Assembly: GCA_963803705.1 (NCBI GenBank)
Contig: CAWDNU010000004.1
Span: forward strand, 704,001 to 768,000
DNA: 64,000 bases
Reading direction: 5' to 3'
From: an uncultured Pseudobdellovibrionaceae bacterium
GTDB taxonomy: Bacteria > Bdellovibrionota > Bdellovibrionia > Bdellovibrionales > UBA1609
The position numbers and the translations under genes are program-made. The stretch's first letter is position 1. Each line of letters begins with the position of its first letter. The notes under the pieces were generated by a model that was not told the DNA's origin, ran no database searches, and saw nothing but the letters and a program-made list of their open reading frames with translations. Shown here piece after piece: positions 39,172-47,401 of the stretch.

Positions 39172-39564
39172 ATCAGATACAGAATTTCTAGCATCTATAT
39201 AAGATTTAAAATTTTCGTAATTCCCAAAAGAGCATTTTCTTTCATGAAATATCATTTCCGCGCTATTTAATGAATTTCTATAACTATCTAACTGGTCAGC
39301 AATTATTCTGACATTTTTAGATATAACAGCTCTTTCATTATCTAAGTCATTAGTGGTTCCAGTTTTACCACTAGCAACTTCAGCAACTTTGCCCGCAAGC
39401 TCAGTTAGTGTCAGTAAAGCCTGAACATTCGATGTGGATTTAACTAACTGTATACCTTCTATAGACGCTTGCGCCATTTTCATTGAAAGCTCACAAACAT
39501 CACCTTTAGCAAACGCGCTACTTGTAAAAACAGTTAACAAACTAGCTAATACATACTTACTCAT
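39160..39564 (-). CDS. Exported phage protein (moron-like)
   Basis: Signal peptide MSKYVLASLLTVFTSSAFA; AAGGAG RBS. Confidence 0.75.
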   Translation of the reverse strand: MSKYVLASLLTVFTSSAFAKGDVCELSMKMAQASIEGIQLVKSTSNVQALLTLTELAGKVAEVASGKTGTTNDLDNERAVISKNVRIIADQLDSYRNSLNSAEMIFHERKCSFGNYENFKSYIDARNSVSDLLN

Positions 39565-39666
39565 TATAAATCTCCTTGATTGTGTTCATAATTACCTATC
39601 AATATTCATACCAGTCAAAAGTAGATCTATTGAGTTTCAATTGGGTTTAAAAGACAAAAATTGTCA

Positions 39667-40842
39667 TTATTTCACACTTGGCACCCAAACTGATTCATCA
39701 AAGTCTCTACTATCCTTTAAATATTTACTAGTTATAGATAAATCTGAATGTCCAACGGCTAATCTCACATCATTTATGCCATATTCTTTATTATTCACAG
39801 CGTTTGTAATGAATGTATGTCTAAGGTCATGAAGTGTAATGGTAAAACCCTCAGCCTCATTGAATGCGGTGAATAGTTTCGAATATTTGTGTGGGTCTAA
39901 GGGAACTATACTGTTGATAAGCCCATAAGCCTCTTGTGGTGAGCTGTACCAATAGGGCACCTTACGGCCTGTCCTATTCTTAGTTCGATCGTATATAGGC
40001 CCCTCTGTGTTCGTATAGCGCCTTAACTGTCTTTCTACCCTTAGGTAGTCTTTTCTAACCGCACTTTTTGAACCATAAAGACCTAGTGACTCACTGCGCC
40101 TCAAACCAAACTGATAACAAAGAATGAACACTGGCCTTAGCTCATTCGGCATTCTAGATAGCATCTTCTTGTACAATGACTCTGGCACAAACTGTCTAAA
40201 TTTCTTTTTCTCGTTTTCAACCCAATCGGAACTGTACTTTCTAAACATCGCCCTAGTTATTGGTTCAAATTTAATAACCTTAAAGGCGCTAGCATCTTTA
40301 CGGTTTAAATACTTCATGAATCTATTAGATATATGAATAATATTTCTAAGCGATCTTGGACTAAGTTTCGTTGATAGAAGGTAATTAGACCAATCAAGCT
40401 CAAAATCATCCTTCCATTTTTTAGGATCTGGTGATTTTTCTAGAAAGAAGTTTAAGAAGTACTTTCTCAAATGCGAATAGTTATGCTTCACGACCGCTGG
40501 TGTGGGTATTTCGTTTTCAAGCTGATTATAAAAACCTTTCAGGTATTCGTCTGGCAAATATGTTGAGTGTGATATAAATGCGTTTCTTAGGTCTGTATCC
40601 TTATCATAATTAAGGGTAGACACTAAATTTTCCAGCTGTTTAAAATTTAAGCTTTTATACATTAAAATTGGTAGTCGCTGGAATGATACTTTTTGAGCAG
40701 TTCGAATTGTTCTTTTAATCCTAGGCCCTTCCTTTTCATTACATATGATCCAACGCCCGACATTGTCAGTGTCTAACCATTTGCTATCTAAGGCTCTTAT
40801 TTGCTCAATGGCTGAGCTAAAACTGTGTGATTTAGGATCCAT
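39667..40842 (-). CDS. Tyrosine integrase
   Basis: GLRRSE, TKN, HDLRHTF, VGHS, Y; start 56 bp from att. Confidence 0.93.
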   Translation of the reverse strand: MDPKSHSFSSAIEQIRALDSKWLDTDNVGRWIICNEKEGPRIKRTIRTAQKVSFQRLPILMYKSLNFKQLENLVSTLNYDKDTDLRNAFISHSTYLPDEYLKGFYNQLENEIPTPAVVKHNYSHLRKYFLNFFLEKSPDPKKWKDDFELDWSNYLLSTKLSPRSLRNIIHISNRFMKYLNRKDASAFKVIKFEPITRAMFRKYSSDWVENEKKKFRQFVPESLYKKMLSRMPNELRPVFILCYQFGLRRSESLGLYGSKSAVRKDYLRVERQLRRYTNTEGPIYDRTKNRTGRKVPYWYSSPQEAYGLINSIVPLDPHKYSKLFTAFNEAEGFTITLHDLRHTFITNAVNNKEYGINDVRLAVGHSDLSITSKYLKDSRDFDESVWVPSVK

Positions 40843-40898
40843 AATACCCTCTCCGGTTTAAGATTAAACTACCGGAAAAAGGTGCTAAAAGTGTGGAA

Positions 40899-40950
40899 AA
40901 CCCTCAGCTTGGAAGGCTGATACTCTAGCCAATTGAGCTACTCCCGCTCT
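40899..40950 (-). pseudogene. att site (right): truncated 5' half of tRNA-Gly
   Basis: tRNA nt 1-49 plus 3 upstream nt; T arm and 3' acceptor strand absent. Confidence 0.92.
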
Positions 40951-40969
40951 GGTAAAAAAACAAAAAAAG

Positions 40970-41055
40970 TGGTGGAGGAAGTAGGATTTGAACCTACGTA
41001 GGCATAAGCCAACGGATTTACAGTCCGTCCCCTTTAACCCCTCGGGCATTCCTCC
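40970..41055 (-). tRNA. tRNA-Tyr(GTA)
   Basis: GGAGGAATGCCCGAG...ACGGACTGTAAATCCGT, long variable arm, GGTTCAAATCC...ACCA. Confidence 0.97.
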
Positions 41056-41114
41056 ACATAAATTTTCAGCTACCATTCAAAACCAAATTAACAAAAAAGT
41101 CATGTGATTAAAAA

Positions 41115-41190
41115 TGGAGCTGGATATGGGACTCGAACCCGCAACCTGCTGATTACAAATCAGCTGCTCTACCAATTGAGCTAATCCAGC
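41115..41190 (-). tRNA. tRNA-Thr(TGT)
   Basis: GCTGGATTAGCTCAATTGGTAGAGCAGCTGATTTGTAATCAGC...TCCA. Confidence 0.97.
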
Positions 41191-41258
41191 CAAAAGCTAA
41201 AAGCTTTAAAACATGGTTATCTCAAAAAAGATATACCAAGTTTTGAAGATGTTTAGTT

Positions 41259-42044
41259 TTATTTTTTAAGTTTATTTTCGTCAACAGATAAAAAGGCTCT
41301 TTGCACATGGGACACTGTTATCGCAATAGACGTCGCTACATTTAAACTCGCGCTACTAGAAATCTGGGGAATTTTTAAAGTTTGATCACACACATTCAAA
41401 GTTGTTTTTCTTAAACCTTTGCCCTCATTTCCGGCAACCAAAATGACTTTGTCTGGAAATTGGACATCATAGATTGTTTGCTCCGCATTTGCGTCTAAAC
41501 CATAAACCCAGAAACCCTGTTTTTTGAAATCTTCTAAAATATTAGACAAAGGATGCACGACTTCAACTGGAACATGTTCAACACCACCCGAGGCAATTTT
41601 ACAAACTTGAGGCGTTAATTTCACACTTCGATCTTGCGTAACTAAAATGCCGTCTACACCCATTAGCCAACTGGTCCTTAAAATATTTCCTAAATTTGTA
41701 GGATCTTCAATTTCATCTAATGCTATCAGCATAGATTTTTTACTATTAAGTGATTCGTAATCTAAAGTGGGTTCTTCGGAATCAACCTCTAAAGCAATAC
41801 CCTGATGACCCGTGCCCCACTTTTCAAAAAAACTTCTTGGCTTAAAAGACACTTTAGCCTTTAAAAATTTATCATCTAAAAAATTATATTTTTCTTTGGT
41901 GCTATTTTTAGAAGTCGAAGCTTTATTGTCTTCAATATATATTTTAAGAATTGCCTCTGGACGGACCTGTATGGTTTCCATGCATGAGTGCCACCCCACC
42001 ACGACCCTGCAAGATAAGACTTTTGAATGTCGACCCTTTCCCAA
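41259..42044 (-). CDS. rlmB: TrmH/SpoU family rRNA methyltransferase (RlmB-like)
   Basis: HQGI, DEIEDPTNLGNILRT, GNEGKG, SLNVA. Confidence 0.85.
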   Translation of the reverse strand: MGKGRHSKVLSCRVVVGWHSCMETIQVRPEAILKIYIEDNKASTSKNSTKEKYNFLDDKFLKAKVSFKPRSFFEKWGTGHQGIALEVDSEEPTLDYESLNSKKSMLIALDEIEDPTNLGNILRTSWLMGVDGILVTQDRSVKLTPQVCKIASGGVEHVPVEVVHPLSNILEDFKKQGFWVYGLDANAEQTIYDVQFPDKVILVAGNEGKGLRKTTLNVCDQTLKIPQISSSASLNVATSIAITVSHVQRAFLSVDENKLKK

Positions 42045-43079
42045 TTATTTCACCAGTCCGATATCTTTAAGACGTTGCATCAAAAATTCTTCTGACCTTA
42101 TCGGAGGGTATTTCTGTTCATCAGATACACAGCTGGGAATACATTTAAGCATTGAATTTGGATTTGGATGAATAAAGTAGGGCATAGAATAACGACTTTC
42201 ATTTTGTTCATTTTTTGGGTTTACCACCCTATGAGTCGTAGATGGGATAAGGTCATTAGTAATTCGAGCTAACATATCACCTGCATCAACAATTAAATTA
42301 TTTTTATCAGTCTCTACGGGTAGCCATTTTCCGTCTCGGTCTAAAAGCTCTAGGCCCGATGCAGATGCGGCGACAAGTATTGTGATCAAGTTGATATCTT
42401 CATGGGCAGCGGCGCGAACACAGCCTTGATCAATGTCTTTAGAAACCGGTGGATAATGGAGCAATCTCAAAATAGAGCTGCCTTCAAAATCTAATTTCCT
42501 AAAGTAATCGTTCGGCACATCTAACGAAAACGTTAGAGCTTCTAGTAAAGATTCACCCACCATATCCAAATTCTCGAAAAGTTCTAAAAAAACTGTCTTA
42601 AAGTTTTCAACTTCTTCTGGCCAGACATTATTCGGGTAAGCATCTATGAGAGCACTGCTTGAGGGCAGCTCCCTGCCCACATGCCAAAATTCTTTAAGGT
42701 CAGGGGAATCAGAGTCCTTCGCGTGCTCAACACCAAAAGGTGTGTAACCTCGGTTGTTACCTACGTTATACTTCTTTTTTTTCTCGATATCTAAACTAAA
42801 AAGCTCGGCACTTTTTTTATAAGCTAAATCTAGCTTATCAGTAGAAATAGGATGATCCTTTAAAATGATAAATCCGTAGTACTTCAAACCTTCAAAAAGA
42901 TCTTGAATAAATTTAGATTTTTCTTCTGGTGAGCCTTCTGTATATTTGCTAAAACTTAATTCGGGAACTTCATTGTATATTTTCATAAACACCTTTGGAT
43001 CAATTTCATTAAGCATTGGGGCTGGCTCCTCCAAACAATTTGACGTGTCTGGTACTAACAAATTATTTAACCTTTGCAA
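42045..43079 (-). CDS. 2-oxoglutarate/Fe(II) oxygenase, isopenicillin N synthase family (true start may be internal)
   Basis: LRLLHYPP, HEDINLIT, HRV, RYS. Confidence 0.9.
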   Translation of the reverse strand: MQRLNNLLVPDTSNCLEEPAPMLNEIDPKVFMKIYNEVPELSFSKYTEGSPEEKSKFIQDLFEGLKYYGFIILKDHPISTDKLDLAYKKSAELFSLDIEKKKKYNVGNNRGYTPFGVEHAKDSDSPDLKEFWHVGRELPSSSALIDAYPNNVWPEEVENFKTVFLELFENLDMVGESLLEALTFSLDVPNDYFRKLDFEGSSILRLLHYPPVSKDIDQGCVRAAAHEDINLITILVAASASGLELLDRDGKWLPVETDKNNLIVDAGDMLARITNDLIPSTTHRVVNPKNEQNESRYSMPYFIHPNPNSMLKCIPSCVSDEQKYPPIRSEEFLMQRLKDIGLVK

Positions 43080-43759
43080 AGGTCATTGAATTGCCTGACA
43101 GCCTTTAAGGGATCTTGAGCATTAATAATAGGTCGACCTATAACTAAAGCCTTAGCACCTAGTGACAGGGCCAAATCCGGAGTCATAACTCGACTTTGAT
43201 CGTCGTTGGCAGAGCCAGATAGGCGGATACCCGGAACTACTGTGAAAAGGTCATTACTTAATTTTGAAATTTTTTTAACCTCTTGCCCCGAGCAGACTAT
43301 TCCAGTTAAGCCAGAGCTGATCGTTAACTCTGCTAACTCGAAGACGATAGATTCATTGGTCTGATTTTTGTATCCTGGCATTAGATTTTCGGGTCCAAAA
43401 CTTGTTAGTGCTGTAACGGCTAAAACTTTAAAGAAATGCGACCTATTAATTTCGTCTTCAAGCTTTTTAACCTGTGTTAAAGCTTGCACACCAGAAGAGG
43501 CATGGACAGTAATATAGCTTACACCAAGATCTACGCTAGCCTTGATAGATTCGACCATTGTATTGGGGATATCGTAGTACTTGGGATCAAAGAAAACGGG
43601 TCCGCAATCAGAAATTTTTTGCCAATCTTTTGGATTTGCTTTCACCGCCAACCTTGGTCCTATCTTAAAGCCGCCAACTTCATTTTTTAGAAGCTGGGAC
43701 AACTCGTGGGCCTCATCCCAGGTACTTAGATCTAAACTTAAAAATATTGGATTTTTCAT
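43067..43759 (-). CDS. pyrF: Orotidine-5'-phosphate decarboxylase
   Basis: FFDPKYYDIPNT, VVPGIR, DDQSRVMTP, VIGRPI. Confidence 0.95.
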   Translation of the reverse strand: MKNPIFLSLDLSTWDEAHELSQLLKNEVGGFKIGPRLAVKANPKDWQKISDCGPVFFDPKYYDIPNTMVESIKASVDLGVSYITVHASSGVQALTQVKKLEDEINRSHFFKVLAVTALTSFGPENLMPGYKNQTNESIVFELAELTISSGLTGIVCSGQEVKKISKLSNDLFTVVPGIRLSGSANDDQSRVMTPDLALSLGAKALVIGRPIINAQDPLKAVRQFNDLCKG

Positions 43760-43866
43760 TTTTTTCGGTCTTTCCTATTAAAATGTCAGCTCTAAATTCA
43801 ACCAAAGTTTTATTTAAAAAAATTTACTTTAGCGAAAAAAAAATTTGTTCTAAACGAAAATACAAT

Positions 43867-45594
43867 CTACCGGCAGAAGCTGTATTTTTTTATACTAAAT
43901 TCAACGGCAGATTCTAAATCGCAGGTTGATTTTTCGCCGTTAAAACGAGTGAGCACTTCGACATTTCCTTTTTCAAAACTCTTCATTCCCAAAGTGACTC
44001 TTACTGGTAGGCCGATCAAGTCTGAATCTTTAAATTTTACACCTGGCCTTTCATTTCTGTCGTCAATAAATGCATCATAGCCACTCGCAGCAAAACCCTT
44101 CGTTAAGTGGTTAGCATAGTTCATAAGCTGTTCATTTTTGGGATCTAGAACCGCTATGTGAAAGTCGAATGGGGCTATGGACTTAGGCCAGATAATACCA
44201 TCGGAATCATGAGATTGCTCTAGCGCAGACTGCATAGTTCGCCCTACTCCTATCCCATAACAACCCATTTCAAAGGGTTGGGTTTTACCGTTTCTGTCCT
44301 GAAACAATGCCTTCATACTTTCACTGTATTTGGTTCCTAAATAAAAGATGTGACCAACTTCAATACCTCTTATCTCTTTAAGCAAACCAATGCCGTCAGG
44401 ACTTAGATCGCCAGCATTTGCAAATGCAATATCAATATAACTTTTGATAATGAAATCTTTTTCTGGTTTTAATCCCTTCATGTGGAATCCAGTCTTATTG
44501 GCCCCAACTATAAAGACTTCAAAATCTTTTAGAAAGTGATCTGCATAAACTGGAATTTCTAAACCCTGGGGCCCACAGCTACCTGGCTTGGCTCCGGTCA
44601 GTTTTAAAACTTCGTTGTCATCTAACATCTGAGGCTCATTTTTTAAATTAAGATGTTTTTTGAGCTTTATAGGGTTCAATTCATCGGATCCACGAAGTAG
44701 AATTGCAAATGGTTTAGAGTCATCATCTTTTAAAAACAAAGATTTCACTAAGCAGTTTGCATTAATATTTGTTAGTTTAGCCAGATCCAAAATTGTGTTC
44801 ACGTTGGGTGTTGCAAACTCTTTCTTTTCAGAAATTTCGCCAATGGTAGACGAAGATAAAGAGTTGAAATCGGTGGCTTTAAATGCTCGGCTACAAATTT
44901 CTTTATTGGCTGCAAACTCAGATTTGTCGGATACTAACAAAAGATCTTCACCTGACTGGGCTAAAACCTGAAACTCTTCTGATAATGATCCACCGATAGC
45001 TCCAGAGTCAGCCTGAACCACGCGGTAATCTAAGCCTAAGCGATCGAAGATCTTGATATAGACTATCTTTAACTTTTGGTAGCTAAGCTTAGCCTGCTCT
45101 TCATTTTCGTCAAAGCTATAGGCATCTTTCATTATAAACTCACGACCACGCATTAAGCCAAATCTAGGTCTTATTTCATCTCTGTATTTGTTTTGCACCT
45201 GATATAAATATATTGGCAATTCTTTATAAGATGTAAGATCATTTCTTACATAGTCAGTTATGACCTCTTCGTGAGTGGCTCCTAAGCAAAAAGATTGATC
45301 ATTTCTATTTTTAAATTTTAGGAGTTCAGGAGTCTTTTCTCGTCCGGTCTCCTCCCACAATGATAAGGGCTGAACCATTGGCATCAGAAGCTCTTGGCAG
45401 CCAGCGTCGTCTAACTCTTCTCGAATAATAGTTTCAATTTTTCTTATTGATTTCAAGGCCATAGACCCATAGGTGTAAATTCCAGGTGCTACCTTTTTTA
45501 CGAGGCCAGCTCGTATCAGCAACTTGTGGCTTACAATTTCGGCATCTGAAGGATCATCTTTAATTGTTTTATGAAAGCTCTTTGACCAGTACAT
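43867..45594 (-). CDS. proS: Prolyl-tRNA synthetase
   Basis: THEEVIT, RDEIRPRFGLMRGREFIMKDAYSF, GIEVGHIF, MGCYGIG. Confidence 0.97.
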   Translation of the reverse strand: MYWSKSFHKTIKDDPSDAEIVSHKLLIRAGLVKKVAPGIYTYGSMALKSIRKIETIIREELDDAGCQELLMPMVQPLSLWEETGREKTPELLKFKNRNDQSFCLGATHEEVITDYVRNDLTSYKELPIYLYQVQNKYRDEIRPRFGLMRGREFIMKDAYSFDENEEQAKLSYQKLKIVYIKIFDRLGLDYRVVQADSGAIGGSLSEEFQVLAQSGEDLLLVSDKSEFAANKEICSRAFKATDFNSLSSSTIGEISEKKEFATPNVNTILDLAKLTNINANCLVKSLFLKDDDSKPFAILLRGSDELNPIKLKKHLNLKNEPQMLDDNEVLKLTGAKPGSCGPQGLEIPVYADHFLKDFEVFIVGANKTGFHMKGLKPEKDFIIKSYIDIAFANAGDLSPDGIGLLKEIRGIEVGHIFYLGTKYSESMKALFQDRNGKTQPFEMGCYGIGVGRTMQSALEQSHDSDGIIWPKSIAPFDFHIAVLDPKNEQLMNYANHLTKGFAASGYDAFIDDRNERPGVKFKDSDLIGLPVRVTLGMKSFEKGNVEVLTRFNGEKSTCDLESAVEFSIKKYSFCR

Positions 45595-45737
45595 TTTTTT
45601 CATAGCTTTAAGTTGCCAGGTGGCCGTTTTCAAAGCAAGCCAGATTTTATCTTAACCATTAAAACCTGAGGCTTAGTTGATTTAATTATTGCTTTGATTC
45701 TTTAACAAGTTTCATCTCCTCTTGATTTAAACCCCAG

Positions 45738-45861
45738 GGGTCTGTCGAAAAGTATTAGATTCTAGGCGTCCAAGCTTAAAATCGAATGAGTCGTAGTTTA
45801 TCTACGTCGAATGAGATTTAAGCGAAAGCAACAACGAAGATGATGCTTTTTCAACAGGCCC
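45738..45861. mobile_element. 124-bp MITE-like palindromic element
   Basis: Ends GGGTCTGTCGAAAA / TTTTCAACAGGCCC; CCAG duplicated at 45734-45737 and 45862-45865. Confidence 0.7.
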
Positions 45862-45993
45862 CCAGGCTTTTTATTTATCAGACTTAGCTAATGCTTAATA
45901 TTGCATCTGGTTTTTCTTAGTTTGTTGCACTTATGATAAAGTAGCGTTTCGATAGAGCATCTAAGTATAAAACAAGATTTAAATTTTAAACGG

Positions 45994-47364
45994 TTAATTC
46001 ACTTCTATGCCATAGGCTTTGATTTTACGATGAAGGTAGCTTCGTTCAAGCCCGATCGCTTCCGATGTCTTACTTATGTTGCCATTATTTTCTTCAATTT
46101 TAGCAAGTAAAAATTCTTTTTCGAATTGAGCCCTAGCTTCTCGAAAGGTGCCAAAACTGTTGAACACGGCGCCTGCTTTTCCAGATAAGGTCAGGCCAGC
46201 GTAACTTAAGTCTTCAACTCCGATTTCAGTGACTTGGTCCGCAAGTATGTACAGCCGCTCTACCAAGTTCATAAGCTCTAAGACATTACCTGGCCATTTG
46301 TAGGACTTTAGAATATCTAAAGCTTCTGGTCTGATTGTTTTTTTAACAGACCCAATCTTTCGACAAACCTCATCCGCAAAGTGATCATATAATACTGGTA
46401 TGTCTTCGATTCTTTCTCTTAGCGGTTTTATTTCAAAAGGTAATACATTAATTCTGAAAAACAAATCTTCCCTGAACTCGCCTGACTGCACTAAATATTT
46501 TAGAGATTTATCTGTTCCAAATAAAATCCGCACATCAGAGGTGTAGGGGTCATGTCCCCCTGCTCTTTTAGATTTACCTGTTTTCAAGTATTCAATCAAT
46601 GCATGTTGAACCTCATCCGTCAAAGACTCAGCCCCATCTAAATAAAGAGTTCCTTTGTGAGCAAGTTCTAAAACACCTTTCTTGTCTTGCATCAACCCAG
46701 GCTGTGAATTCCTAGAGTGGCCAAAAATTTCACCAAACAGCAAAGGCTTTGGGATCTGAGCACATTTAAGTTCAATAAAATGTCCGCCCACTCTGTGACT
46801 AAGAAAATGGATATTTTTTGATATAGTTTTCTTACCAACTCCGCGCTCGCCTTGAATCAAGTTCCAGCTATCGTTAGTTGCAACTTTGGTTACAAGTTGT
46901 TTTATTCTTCTGCTCTCTTCGCTTATGCCAACTATGCGCAAACTATTTTGAATATGGGACAGTAAGTTTTGTTTACCCTGTCGCTCGTTTTCGTAGGCAA
47001 TTATGTTGTTTACCAATATTGAAATGCGATCAAATGAAATTGGTTTTTCTATGAAATCATACGCGCCATTTTTTACTGCTTGCACAGCGGTTTCAATGGT
47101 TCCATGACCTGACATCATTATAACGTGAGCAGACTTTGATTTTGACTTAATGTCTTTTAGAACATCAACGCCGTCCAAATCGCCTGGCATCCAAACATCA
47201 AGTAATACGATATGCGGTTGAAAAGTGTCGTAAGCCTTTAAAGCCTCTACGCCGTCAGACGCTACCGTAACGTGGAATTCTTCGTCTTTTAAAGACGCTG
47301 ACAAAACCTCGCAGATGGCTTTTTCGTCGTCGACAACTAATATCTTAACGTCTGAATTTTTCAC
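45994..47364 (-). CDS. NtrX-like response regulator (REC-AAA-Fis HTH)
   Basis: LVVDDE, LLDVWMP, FREDLFFRINV, WPGNV.EL, IGLERSYLHRKIK. Confidence 0.9.
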   Translation of the reverse strand: MKNSDVKILVVDDEKAICEVLSASLKDEEFHVTVASDGVEALKAYDTFQPHIVLLDVWMPGDLDGVDVLKDIKSKSKSAHVIMMSGHGTIETAVQAVKNGAYDFIEKPISFDRISILVNNIIAYENERQGKQNLLSHIQNSLRIVGISEESRRIKQLVTKVATNDSWNLIQGERGVGKKTISKNIHFLSHRVGGHFIELKCAQIPKPLLFGEIFGHSRNSQPGLMQDKKGVLELAHKGTLYLDGAESLTDEVQHALIEYLKTGKSKRAGGHDPYTSDVRILFGTDKSLKYLVQSGEFREDLFFRINVLPFEIKPLRERIEDIPVLYDHFADEVCRKIGSVKKTIRPEALDILKSYKWPGNVLELMNLVERLYILADQVTEIGVEDLSYAGLTLSGKAGAVFNSFGTFREARAQFEKEFLLAKIEENNGNISKTSEAIGLERSYLHRKIKAYGIEVN

Positions 47365-47401
47365 TTTATTACTCCTGATTAATATTTAGTCTGTTTTAAA
47401 A

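Larger units (their letters stand above)
8963..40950. mobile_element. Integrated podovirus-like prophage (~31.9 kb) in tRNA-Gly
   Basis: 52-bp direct repeats at both ends, adjacent tyrosine integrase, terminase-portal-scaffold-capsid-tail-holin module, no tape measure gene. Confidence 0.95.

Noticed and set aside
40885..41076. 63-aa ORF
   Set aside because: It is a translation of tRNA-Tyr and the tRNA-Gly fragment
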